Virus record (IMG/VR): IMGVR_UViG_3300044723_003813
Location: 1 to 43,164 of that record
DNA length: 43,164 bases
Direction: 5' to 3' (one strand)
Origin: a virus
Taxonomy: Duplodnaviria > Caudoviricetes
Shown: positions 19,492 to 28,574 of the stretch, one piece after another
Layout: every line of letters starts with the position of its first letter
Numbering within the stretch: the first letter of the stretch is position 1
Translations under genes and position numbers: made by a program
Notes under the pieces: model-generated
Told to the model about the DNA's origin: nothing
Seen by the model: the letters and a program-made list of their open reading frames with translations, nothing else
The model's database searches: none

Positions 19492-20867
19492 TGCTATTAG
19501 AAGATGTTTTTATAATTGAAAACTTACAGGTCCTCAACGAGGACGCAGATAAAGGAAAGATCATGAAGATCCGTGGTGTTTTCCAGCGTGCAGACGAGGA
19601 GAACAATAACAAGCGTATCTACCCCAAGGAACTTCTCTGCCGTGAGATCGAGAAGCTTGAGGAGTCCATGAAAGGTCGCCGTCTCATGGGTGAGCTTGAT
19701 CACCCCCAGCACGATAGCGTCAAGCTCTCCAATGTCTCCCACCTTATCACTAAGCTAGAGGCTAAGGGTAACGATATTATAGGTGAGGCTGAGATTCTTG
19801 ATACTCCTATGGGTAAAGTTGCCAAGGCACTTATTCAAGGTGGTGTTCAGATCGGCATTTCATCACGCGGTATGGGTACACTTTCTGAGGGTCAGGATGG
19901 TAAGCGTTATGTTAACGAAGACTTCCGCCTTATCACTTGGGACCTTGTTGCAGATCCATCTACCCGTGGTGCCTTCCCTGCATTAGCTGAGTCTCGTCAA
20001 AGTGTGCTCGTAGAGGAGATTATGAACGATATCCTTCCTCGCGTAACTAAAGAAAAAGTATTCAGCACTCTTCTAAGAGATCGTCTTGACGAAGCCAAGA
20101 TGAAGTCTGCAAAGAAGAAGGCTGCTTCTAAGAAAGAAAAGAACAACCCTTGGGCTATATGCACTGCTCAAGTAGGTCGTAAAGATCCAAAGAAGTATGA
20201 GAGATGCGTCATGCAAGTTAAATCAAAATCAAAAGGTGAAATTTCAGAAGAAAGAGTCGATGAAATTTTAGGTGCTCTTGCTAAGAGAGCGGCATTCGGT
20301 GCTGCTAAATCTGCTTTGAGAGGAGCCGAGGCTGCTGGTAGGGCAGGTGCTGCTGGTGCTAGAGCGGCAGGTAGAACCCTACAGTCTGGCGGCGGTGTAA
20401 AGAAGAGTCTAAAGGCTGGTGCTAGTGCAGCACTAGGTTCTGCCGCTAAGTCTGCAAAGGATTCTGCTGCTAGAAACCAAAGGACTTCTGCTCAAAGAAA
20501 GGCGGGTGTTACTCAGACACTTAATGCCAAGAAATATACTGGATCTGCCAAAAAGCACCTTCAAGGTTTAGGTACTGCTGCTAAAAAAGCTGTTAGCTCT
20601 AAGTTCTACAAGGCAAAAAGTGCTGTATCAGGTGCTGCCTCACGGGCTTTATCTTCTGGTGCCGCCAGACTAGCAACTGAGAATACCTCTCTGCTTAAAT
20701 TGAAATCTCTTCTTAAGGAGCAAGGCAACCCTTACGGTTCTGAAAGTGAGAAAGCTATTAAGGATAGAATCGAAGCGGTTAGCGAACTTAGAAAGAAAAT
20801 GGTTGCTCAAGGTAAGTCCCCACAAGAGATAGCAGCAGCAGTAGCTAAAGCTTCTCAGGGTAAGTGA
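19488..20867 (+). CDS. gp21: Prohead core protease (T4 gp21-like) with long basic Ala/Lys C-terminal extension
   Basis: GVFQRAD..N.N.RIYP, GELDHP, NVSHLIT, ILDTPMG, GISSRGMG, WDLVADPST. Confidence 0.95.
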   Translation: MMLLEDVFIIENLQVLNEDADKGKIMKIRGVFQRADEENNNKRIYPKELLCREIEKLEESMKGRRLMGELDHPQHDSVKLSNVSHLITKLEAKGNDIIGEAEILDTPMGKVAKALIQGGVQIGISSRGMGTLSEGQDGKRYVNEDFRLITWDLVADPSTRGAFPALAESRQSVLVEEIMNDILPRVTKEKVFSTLLRDRLDEAKMKSAKKKAASKKEKNNPWAICTAQVGRKDPKKYERCVMQVKSKSKGEISEERVDEILGALAKRAAFGAAKSALRGAEAAGRAGAAGARAAGRTLQSGGGVKKSLKAGASAALGSAAKSAKDSAARNQRTSAQRKAGVTQTLNAKKYTGSAKKHLQGLGTAAKKAVSSKFYKAKSAVSGAASRALSSGAARLATENTSLLKLKSLLKEQGNPYGSESEKAIKDRIEAVSELRKKMVAQGKSPQEIAAAVAKASQGK

Positions 20868-20934
20868 GAAAAAATATTAAAAAACAACGACATCTATAAT
20901 AGAACTATAGATAACAATAGATTGGAGTACAGTC

Positions 20935-21558
20935 ATGGATAAAAAGAAAATAGAAAACATAGCTGATCTACTTCCTGAAGGCATCACCGAAGAGACGATT
21001 GCTGAAATTGCTGGTGTTATGCAGGATTTAATCGAGCAAAGAGTACAGGAAGAAGTTGGCGGATTAACCGATAAGGTTTTCGCTTACCTATCCATGAAGC
21101 GTCAACAGATTCAAGAGTCCGCTTTAGAGGAGCTTCATGAATCCAACGATGTTTACCGTGATGCACAGAGATTCCGTGAGCTTATGGGTTACATGGCAGT
21201 AGAGTATCGTCCTGAGCATATTGATGCTGAGAGTGAGAAGAGACTGTCAGAGGCTAATGAGATTGTTGAGGATAATGAAATCCTTGCGCGTGAACTTTCT
21301 GAGTCACTTAAGGAGCAAGAGCGTCTTGCTAAAACAATTCAACTGCTAGAGTCTAAGGTTGCCAAGCGTGAGAGTGAGATAATAACTCTCACTGAAAGCG
21401 TTCAAACTTTAGCAGAAGAAAAGGAGACTATGCTGTTCGAGTCTACGGAGCAGGCTGTAGTCATTACTGAAAATGTAGACGAAGAGGTTGAGGATGACCA
21501 ACTGGAAAGCATCGGAAATCAATTCTTAACCGAAGAAATGCTCAAGCTAATGAAGTGA
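20935..21558 (+). CDS. gp22: Prohead scaffolding protein (T4 gp22-like)
   Basis: Acidic, coiled-coil-like protein between protease and capsid genes; GGAG SD. Confidence 0.75.
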   Translation: MDKKKIENIADLLPEGITEETIAEIAGVMQDLIEQRVQEEVGGLTDKVFAYLSMKRQQIQESALEELHESNDVYRDAQRFRELMGYMAVEYRPEHIDAESEKRLSEANEIVEDNEILARELSESLKEQERLAKTIQLLESKVAKRESEIITLTESVQTLAEEKETMLFESTEQAVVITENVDEEVEDDQLESIGNQFLTEEMLKLMK

Positions 21559-21584
21559 GCATATAACTTTAAGGAGTTGTAGTT

Positions 21585-23108
21585 ATGGATATTATGGAAT
21601 TAGGTGCCAGCGATGAACTCACCCAAAAGTGGGGTCCCGCACTAGACGGTATCGACAACGATTATACCAAGAGAGTAACTGCACAGCTTCTGGAGAACCA
21701 ACTCAAGGCAGCCCAAAACGACCGTGTTGATGAAGCTGCTGTGGGTGGTGGTACAACCACTGTTGGTGCCCTTGGTACTTTCCAGAAGTTTGCATTCCCT
21801 CTCGTTCGTCGGGTATTCCCCGAACTAATCGCTAACAGCCTTGTTAGCGTTCAACCTATGAGCGGTCCCGTCTCACAGGTATTCTACCTTGGTTCTAGCA
21901 GAGCTTACGGCACAGCCCGTGAAACTCTCTACAGCAAGTACAACCTCACCTACCGTGGTCTTACCACTGGTAGTGTGAACCCCACTACTGAGGGTATTGA
22001 TGTAGACGGTGCTACTTTCCCAACCTCACAACAGTTCGGGGCTTCTGCACTTCAAGAGCCCTTTACAGGTGGTGCCAACATGGCTTCCGCTATTTCTAAG
22101 TGGCCTCAAACTGGTCCTGCATCTGGCGGTCACGGTTGGTCCGTTTCTGCTGGTGAACTCCTTGAGGGCACTGGTATCCCTGAGGTCAGCCTTCACATTG
22201 AGCAGCAGGCTGTTATTGCACGCACCAAGAAGATGCGTGCCCTCTGGACCCTTGAGGCTTCACAAGACCTTAAGGCTTACCACAACCTAGATCTTGAGCG
22301 CGAGCTTACTGATCTTCTTGGTAAGGAGATTCGTCTAGAGGTTGACCGTGAGCTTATTGAGGACCTTCGTGGTCTTGCTTACGATCTTACCACTTCTGCT
22401 GGTATGTTCAAGTACGGTATGTTAGATCAACCTAACCCTACCAACAGCTTCAACATGCACGGTGACCCCTTTAACGGTGCTGCCGACTCAAACTTTGAGG
22501 GCTTCCAGTTCCTAGGCACTGATGGCTCTGATCTAGGTCTTCCTGGCGTCAGCACCAACAACAAGAATGTGTTCCTGATTGATTTCAACTCAAGCGCACT
22601 TAACCTTGCTCCTCGCCATGTTGGCGACATCTACGCTAACCTTCTTGCAGTTATCAACCTTGCTTCGCAGGATATCTACAAGACTACTCAGCGTGGTGCT
22701 GGTAACTGGATGATCTGCTCACCAGTAGTTGCTGTTCTCCTTGAGACTGCTTCTAAGCTTACTGGTGGTATCGAAAGAGCAGACGGTCCTTCAAACTTCG
22801 GTCCTGGCACTATCCAGTACCGTGGTAAGTTCATGGGCCGTTACGACCTCTTTGTCGATCCTCTCTACCCAGAGGGCGAGATTATGATGGGTTACAAAGG
22901 TGGTTCCCCCATGGACGGTGGCTTCGTGTATGCTCCATACATCCCCTTCCAGGCTCTACCCACCATCACTGATCCTGAGAGCTTCCAGCCCAGGAAGGGT
23001 ATCCTTACCCGTTACGGTAAGGTTGCCATTGCCCCCGCCTCACGATTCTACAGAATCATTAGAATCGTCGGTGACGGTGGCCTAACCGTTCCCTTCAGAA
23101 ACGCCTGA
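21585..23108 (+). CDS. gp23: Major capsid protein (T4 gp23-like)
   Basis: KW.P.LDGI, LLENQ, PLVRRVFP.LIA..LVSVQPMSGP, RA.WTLEA.QDLKAYH.LD.E.EL, YAPYIP, DPESFQPRKGILTRYG. Confidence 0.97.
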   Translation: MDIMELGASDELTQKWGPALDGIDNDYTKRVTAQLLENQLKAAQNDRVDEAAVGGGTTTVGALGTFQKFAFPLVRRVFPELIANSLVSVQPMSGPVSQVFYLGSSRAYGTARETLYSKYNLTYRGLTTGSVNPTTEGIDVDGATFPTSQQFGASALQEPFTGGANMASAISKWPQTGPASGGHGWSVSAGELLEGTGIPEVSLHIEQQAVIARTKKMRALWTLEASQDLKAYHNLDLERELTDLLGKEIRLEVDRELIEDLRGLAYDLTTSAGMFKYGMLDQPNPTNSFNMHGDPFNGAADSNFEGFQFLGTDGSDLGLPGVSTNNKNVFLIDFNSSALNLAPRHVGDIYANLLAVINLASQDIYKTTQRGAGNWMICSPVVAVLLETASKLTGGIERADGPSNFGPGTIQYRGKFMGRYDLFVDPLYPEGEIMMGYKGGSPMDGGFVYAPYIPFQALPTITDPESFQPRKGILTRYGKVAIAPASRFYRIIRIVGDGGLTVPFRNA

Positions 23109-23123
23109 TAGGTGATAGGTTAT

Positions 23124-23165
23124 AGAAGCCCACTCCTCAAAATCAGAGGAGTGGGCTTCTTTTTT
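23124..23165 (+). terminator. Intrinsic terminator after gp23
   Basis: 15-bp perfect stem AGAAGCCCACTCCTC / GAGGAGTGGGCTTCT, 7-nt loop, followed by a T run. Confidence 0.92.
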
Positions 23166-23186
23166 ATTTTAAATAGCTATATACTA

Positions 23187-23432
23187 ATGATGTATAAGTA
23201 CCGGAGCACTTGTAAGTTCTCTATGCTATTGAATATAGAGAATGAAATAACGGAGATTCGTCCAAATCAGATAATAGAATCCTCCGTAGAATTGAATTAT
23301 CAGTACTTAAAACTCATCGAACCTGTAGAGAAACCTAAACGGAGGAGACGATCAAATGGCAATAGTGGGAAGACCAAGGGTAACGACTTACGGGAACACC
23401 TTCTCGAATCTAACGAGTCTGAATCTGAATGA
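23187..23432 (+). CDS. Small hypothetical protein (81 aa)
   Basis: The track ORF start at 23112 runs through the terminator; ATG 23187 just downstream is more plausible. Overlaps gp13 by 77 nt. Confidence 0.5.
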   Translation: MMYKYRSTCKFSMLLNIENEITEIRPNQIIESSVELNYQYLKLIEPVEKPKRRRRSNGNSGKTKGNDLREHLLESNESESE

Positions 23433-24228
23433 TCATGAATCACCTGATAAAGATGAGATTGATGTTGATAATTTAAATAAGACTAAGCAAACAGACTTAG
23501 TAGAGTTCACAGAGTTTGAGCAGCAGATTCGTGATTATGTTTTAAGTATACTAGGTCACCCAGTCGTTCGGGTAGAGCTAGTAGATCATCAATTAAAGAT
23601 GTGTATAGATGAGGCTATAACTGAGCTAGATTATCACGCTCCTCACTTTACTAGACAGTTCGCTGCCTTTAGCACTTCTGCTGATATAAATGTCTATGAG
23701 GTTCCTAATTATATTCTAAAGAACCTTTCATATGTTACATTCAAGAAAAGCTTACTGAGCATTCAATCTCAGGCTGGCACTCTTGAGTTTGATTTCTTCA
23801 TCAAGTATTTCCAAGACAACTACCTGTTCGATAACTTTGGAATAGGTGATTATTACCTTCTTCAATCTACTTTGGAAACCACTCGAAGGGTATTAGGCCA
23901 AGATGGTGGATGGGATATCATTGATGGAAAATATTTACAGCTATACCCTAGCCCTGCGGTTGGTGATGTAGCTATACTTGAATTTAGAGGTATCAACTCT
24001 ATGACCATGACACCGAAGATGCGTAACTGGATACAGAAATATTCAGCAGCTTGCGCTAAGATGCTTCTAGGTCAGATACGAGGTAAGTTTGCTGTAGTTC
24101 CTGGTCCAGGGGGAGGAACTCAGTTGAATGGGGCGCAGCTTGTACAGGAAGCTATACAAGAGAAACAAGTTCTGAAAGACGAACTCATCAATGAGGTTGA
24201 AGAACCTCCCATGTTTACTACGGGCTGA
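23356..24228 (+). CDS. gp13: Neck protein (T4 gp13-like)
   Basis: LGHPVVRVEL..HQL..CIDEA and W...Y..A..K..LG..RGKF..VPGPGG...LNG; GGAGG SD. Confidence 0.88.
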   Translation: MAIVGRPRVTTYGNTFSNLTSLNLNDHESPDKDEIDVDNLNKTKQTDLVEFTEFEQQIRDYVLSILGHPVVRVELVDHQLKMCIDEAITELDYHAPHFTRQFAAFSTSADINVYEVPNYILKNLSYVTFKKSLLSIQSQAGTLEFDFFIKYFQDNYLFDNFGIGDYYLLQSTLETTRRVLGQDGGWDIIDGKYLQLYPSPAVGDVAILEFRGINSMTMTPKMRNWIQKYSAACAKMLLGQIRGKFAVVPGPGGGTQLNGAQLVQEAIQEKQVLKDELINEVEEPPMFTTG

Positions 24229-24791
24229 TGGCAAAGAGATTCAAAGTTAACAGGCAGATGCAAAGCCTTCCTAAGTTGGAGGGTGGAACTCCGTTATCGT
24301 TTTATGACCCCAGCAATCCCGATGTAAACCTTTTTAATCTAGTAGACGATGAGATTATAAGAATATCAGGTTCTCCTTTAAAGTATTTTAAGGCCAACAT
24401 CAACAAGGATTTCGATGAGGTTTATCTAGAAGCAAAGAATAAAACTGTAGTCTCTGAACCTGTGCTTGTATATGGTCATTACGAACCTTCAGTTGTGGAG
24501 GAGGTCTTATCTAACTTTGGTATAGAGTTAACAAATGATCAGATGTTTGTATTTAATAAATCTTACATCGAGGCCGAACTTCATAGAACTCCTAAGGCTG
24601 GTGACCAGATACAGCCACAGTTTCAAAACCAGAAGTATGAAATTACAGAGGTGCAAGAAGATAGTTTCGAAATGTACGGCGTTTATCATCTAGTCTGTAC
24701 AGCCAAACTCCTTCGTGATGATGAGGAAACTCAGAACCAGCCCCTAACTGATAGGTCAGATGATGTAGGAGGTTATTTAGATCTTGAGTGA
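24228..24791 (+). CDS. gp14: Neck/head-closure protein (T4 gp14-like)
   Basis: E.I.I.G....Y, D.VY.E, LS.FGI...., P..GD.I, YEITEV; directly follows gp13. Confidence 0.75.
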   Translation: MAKRFKVNRQMQSLPKLEGGTPLSFYDPSNPDVNLFNLVDDEIIRISGSPLKYFKANINKDFDEVYLEAKNKTVVSEPVLVYGHYEPSVVEEVLSNFGIELTNDQMFVFNKSYIEAELHRTPKAGDQIQPQFQNQKYEITEVQEDSFEMYGVYHLVCTAKLLRDDEETQNQPLTDRSDDVGGYLDLE

Positions 24792-25548
24792 CGATTATAT
24801 AGAGAATGTATTTACGGGTAAGACCATAGAAGAAATCTTATCTGTGATGGTAGAGAAGGGTGATCTTACAAAGGACCACCCAACAGGCAGAAGCTCTAAC
24901 ACCCTATTTCAGAATAGGATATATGAGATTATGAAAGATGCTCGATTCTCTAACAAAATTTATAAAGAGGTTCTTAGAGCGTTACTTTCCCAGTTCAACC
25001 TGTACTATGTGGATGATCAAGAAAGAGTCCAAAATGTTTCCATACATCATGGTCGATCTGAGCGAGCAGTAGCCAAGATGTTCCAAGAGAACAACTTAAT
25101 ACTCCCATACGCTTCCGTTATACTTACAAACATTTCTGACGATACGAACAAGAGAAGGTTCGAGCCTGTTCTTATTCAGAGGAAGCTGTGGAATCACGAT
25201 ACCCAGAGAGCAGAAAGGATTATTAGTTTTGCTGATGTCCCAGTTAAGCTTGAGTATTCTTTAAATCTGTGGACTAAGTATGTGTCAGATATAGATCAAC
25301 TAGCAGCTTCAATCAGAATGAAGTTTAATCCTAGCATGAACTTAAAAACCTCTTTCTCTGAGGTAGTTAAGTCTTTCTTAACAGCAGAAACGGACGCTTC
25401 CGTTACAGAAGTTGGTGACAAAGAGGATAGGTTAATACGAAAGACTTTCACGGTAACAGTGGAGGCGTACATACCTAGCCCTAAATTCAAAGTTACCAAT
25501 ACAGGGAAGATAGAATACTTCAATACCGAAGCTTGGTTTATGCCTTGA
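24784..25548 (+). CDS. gp15: Tail terminator/sheath stabiliser (T4 gp15-like)
   Basis: GTG start with GGAGG SD; LP...., VPV.L.Y.L.LWTKY..D.DQL...I...FNP, DRLIR..F; located between neck and sheath genes. Confidence 0.7.
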   Translation: MSDDYIENVFTGKTIEEILSVMVEKGDLTKDHPTGRSSNTLFQNRIYEIMKDARFSNKIYKEVLRALLSQFNLYYVDDQERVQNVSIHHGRSERAVAKMFQENNLILPYASVILTNISDDTNKRRFEPVLIQRKLWNHDTQRAERIISFADVPVKLEYSLNLWTKYVSDIDQLAASIRMKFNPSMNLKTSFSEVVKSFLTAETDASVTEVGDKEDRLIRKTFTVTVEAYIPSPKFKVTNTGKIEYFNTEAWFMP

Positions 25549-25602
25549 AAAAAGTTTTCCAAAAAGAGGATCAGGAGCGGTATATAGAATAGGAGTTACA
25601 TT

Positions 25603-25782
25603 ATGATGAAATCAATTACAAACAACAGTCTCCAAGCCTTTGATATCTATCTCATGACTGAGAAGGGTGTTGAGACTGTATGGATGTCTCCTAAAAAGAC
25701 AATCGTTGTTCCTGAAACTTACATCACGGAGCAAATACTAAACTGCGCCAAGCGCAGAATATTCAAAATAAAGAATGCTTGA
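25603..25782 (+). CDS. Small hypothetical protein (59 aa, MMKSITNNSLQAFDIYL...KIKNA), absent from the ORF track
   Basis: AGGAG SD upstream; fills the gp15-gp18 gap; its TGA overlaps the GAGGT SD of the sheath gene. Confidence 0.75.
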   Translation: MMKSITNNSLQAFDIYLMTEKGVETVWMSPKKTIVVPETYITEQILNCAKRRIFKIKNA

Positions 25783-25792
25783 GGTAAATTAA

Positions 25793-27898
25793 ATGGCAAA
25801 CTTCGTAAGCCCCGGTGTCTATGTACTAGAAAAGGACATCTCAGACTACCCTGTATCAATCAACCCTTCCGTCGTAGGTCTGGTTGGTTTTGCCAACAAG
25901 GGTCCTGAGAATTCTCCTACTTTAATCACAAGCCAAGAACGACTAGTCCAAACCTTTGGTGATCCTTCCGAAGGAATATACGGTCAAGGTTTGGAGGGTG
26001 CTCTAGAAATACTAGAAGCTACCAACTCACTTTACTTTGTAAGAGCTATCGACGATGTTACTAAGGCTGATGCTTCAGCAACAATCAGTTTAGGTGCCGC
26101 ACCTGCTCTTGCATTATTAGCAAATGATTTTGGTGTAACTAACCCTCTTTATCTTAAAGTTCAAGTAACTGATAAGCAGGGTGTAGCACAGTTCGCCTCT
26201 CCAAAAAGATTTGCGATCCCCGCTGGCACTGCTTCAGATCAGGCTTACGCTCTATCACAAGTTATGGGCGGTGGTCTACGAGGTTCTAAGGTAGCCTTCC
26301 ATTTCGATCCAGCGGATACTACAACTGGTTGGATCGTAGGTAGCTATGCTGGTGAAGGTGCAACCCTTAGCGTCAGTGCTTATAGCGATGCTACTTATGA
26401 GACTGCCACAGGTGCTCTTATCCCTCTAACCGTTAGCGGTGCAAACGCTACTGCTGACCAAGCAGCATCTATTACTGTTAATGGATTCACTTTCAACACA
26501 ACTGGCACTAACTCTATCTCTTACCAAGTAGAATCTCTCTACGCTGGTGCTGGTTACAACTACGGTCTTAAGACTAACGGTGAGGTTTCAGGAAACAGCA
26601 TTGAGATCCTTCCCGCAGGCGGTCCTACCCTAAGTTTACAAGTAAACAACAACGGTGCCGCTGTTGAGTCTTTCGATATCTCACTGATCGCTTCCGGCGC
26701 TTTCGTTGAAGATGTTATCAACACTGGTGAGGTCGATGCTAAATCAACCTACATCAAAGGTAATCTTTTCTCTGAAGCTGTAGATTTCACTGCAACTGCC
26801 ATCCCTGCCTTCTACGACAAGATTCAGTCTATCGGGTGTGGTGACCTTAAAGGTACTGGTGGTGCTTACGCTGGTCTTGCTGAAGGCGGTGGTGCCATTA
26901 GCAATGCAGGTGTTACCAATGCCTTACTAAACCCACGATTCTCCAAGTTCGTACAAGGAACTGTCAGTATGGCAGGAGGCGATAGTGGTGTCCCTGCTGC
27001 AAGCAGTGATAAGGCTGCTGCTCTTATTGGAAATGTAAGCGACAAGACAGGTGTTTACGCTCTTGATGATGATCTCTTAAACATCTCCATGGCTGCTGTC
27101 CCTGGGGTGTCTATTGATAGTGTCCAGAACGAGCTTATAACCCTAGCTGAGAGCACTCAGAACTTCATTGCTGTAGTATCTCCTCCTTATGCAGTAGGTG
27201 GCGTACAGCAGGCTATAGACTGGTCTAACGGCCTTTCAACCTACAGAACGGCAGCTATCTCTAGTAACTACGCTGCTATCTACTGGCCCTGGGTTAAGGT
27301 TTACGACCAGTTCTCACAGATAGATCGCTGGTACGACCCTGCAATTTACGCTATCCGTCAGATGTGTTACACTGATGAGGTCGCTGAGTCTTGGTTCGCT
27401 CCTGCTGGCTACATTCGTGGTCGTCTTACCAAGCCTGTAGATGTCGAGGTCGCCGTTAACCAAGGTGACCGTGATACTATGTACAGTGGCGGTAATGTTG
27501 TTAACCCCTTGGTTAACTTCCCACAGCAAGGTCTAACCATCTTCGGTCAAAGAACCGCACAAAGAACTCCTTCCGCTCTTGATAGAGTTAATGTTCGTAG
27601 ACTTATGATTATCATTCGTAAGATTCTACTTGCTTCTACAAGACAGTTTGTGTTCGAGCCCAATGATCCTACCACCTGGGATCGTGTTGTAAATGTTGTA
27701 CAGCCTCTACTTGACGATATTCGTAGACGCAGAGGTATCACAGAGTTCAGAGTTGTCTGTGATGAAACTACTAACACTCCTGTTAGAGTTGACAGAAACG
27801 AACTCTGGTGTAAGGTCTTAATTAAACCTACCAAAGCTGCTGAGATTGTCGTCTTTGAGCTTAACCTAGTTAGCCAATCAGCTAACCTTACTTCCTGA
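25793..27898 (+). CDS. gp18: Tail sheath protein (T4 gp18-like)
   Basis: FVSPGVYVLEKD.S, G.A.KGP...PTLITS, YAAIYWPWVKV, WFAPAG..RG, FGQRT, LDRVNVRRL, FVFEPND, FRVVCDETTN. Confidence 0.97.
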   Translation: MANFVSPGVYVLEKDISDYPVSINPSVVGLVGFANKGPENSPTLITSQERLVQTFGDPSEGIYGQGLEGALEILEATNSLYFVRAIDDVTKADASATISLGAAPALALLANDFGVTNPLYLKVQVTDKQGVAQFASPKRFAIPAGTASDQAYALSQVMGGGLRGSKVAFHFDPADTTTGWIVGSYAGEGATLSVSAYSDATYETATGALIPLTVSGANATADQAASITVNGFTFNTTGTNSISYQVESLYAGAGYNYGLKTNGEVSGNSIEILPAGGPTLSLQVNNNGAAVESFDISLIASGAFVEDVINTGEVDAKSTYIKGNLFSEAVDFTATAIPAFYDKIQSIGCGDLKGTGGAYAGLAEGGGAISNAGVTNALLNPRFSKFVQGTVSMAGGDSGVPAASSDKAAALIGNVSDKTGVYALDDDLLNISMAAVPGVSIDSVQNELITLAESTQNFIAVVSPPYAVGGVQQAIDWSNGLSTYRTAAISSNYAAIYWPWVKVYDQFSQIDRWYDPAIYAIRQMCYTDEVAESWFAPAGYIRGRLTKPVDVEVAVNQGDRDTMYSGGNVVNPLVNFPQQGLTIFGQRTAQRTPSALDRVNVRRLMIIIRKILLASTRQFVFEPNDPTTWDRVVNVVQPLLDDIRRRRGITEFRVVCDETTNTPVRVDRNELWCKVLIKPTKAAEIVVFELNLVSQSANLTS

Positions 27899-27916
27899 TA
27901 AATAGAGGATTATATT

Positions 27917-28510
27917 ATGGCAGTTAGAAATTCTTACTACGCTACTCAACTAAACAGAGATCTTTCTGAAAGTGAAGGTTTACCTGTAATATCACAGGAC
28001 CTTGATTCAGTAAGAACTTATCAGTGGGAGATTACCTTCTTCCCACCAAACGAAATCGAAGTTCCTCAAACCTTCTCAAAGCCTTTAACCTTAGCCGCAA
28101 AGCAGGTTAACGGTATCGGGTATCAGGTAGAGGATATTGAGGTTGGTAGAGTTAACGACAAGGTTTACTACCCTGGTCGCCCCTCTCAAGAGGAGCTTGT
28201 AGTAACCTTCGATAACCTTCTTGCAACCAAGACTGGTCATCAGCTTTACAAGTACATGAGAACCGTATTTGATCCCATCACTGGTGAGTACGGTTCCACC
28301 TTCTTGCAATCTCCTGGCCTATTCAAACTCAACGCAGAGCTTATCGAACTCAATGGTCGCAATGAGCCTGTTCAGCTTGTAAAGTTCAAGGGTCTATATC
28401 CCAAGAAGTTTACGAAGGCTGAGAAGAACTACTCAACCAACGAATTTGATACCATCGAAGTAACCTTCCGCTACGACTTCTTCATCGTAGAGGGTGACAC
28501 CACTGCCTGA
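27917..28510 (+). CDS. gp19: Tail tube protein (T4 gp19-like)
   Basis: Follows the sheath gene; YYPGR....L.VTF, G.YP, VTFRYD. Confidence 0.85.
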   Translation: MAVRNSYYATQLNRDLSESEGLPVISQDLDSVRTYQWEITFFPPNEIEVPQTFSKPLTLAAKQVNGIGYQVEDIEVGRVNDKVYYPGRPSQEELVVTFDNLLATKTGHQLYKYMRTVFDPITGEYGSTFLQSPGLFKLNAELIELNGRNEPVQLVKFKGLYPKKFTKAEKNYSTNEFDTIEVTFRYDFFIVEGDTTA

Positions 28511-28529
28511 GGCTAGGTTATAACTCTTT

Positions 28530-28563
28530 AACCCAACCCAGCTAATGTTGGGTTGGGTTTTTT
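28530..28563 (+). terminator. Intrinsic terminator after the tail tube gene
   Basis: AACCCAACCCAGC-TAAT-GTTGGGTTGGGTT stem-loop followed by a T run. Confidence 0.9.
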
Positions 28564-28574
28564 AATATAATATT

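Noticed and set aside
23112-23186. ORF-track start at 23112
   Set aside because: It would translate through the gp23 terminator hairpin; ATG 23187 is preferred.
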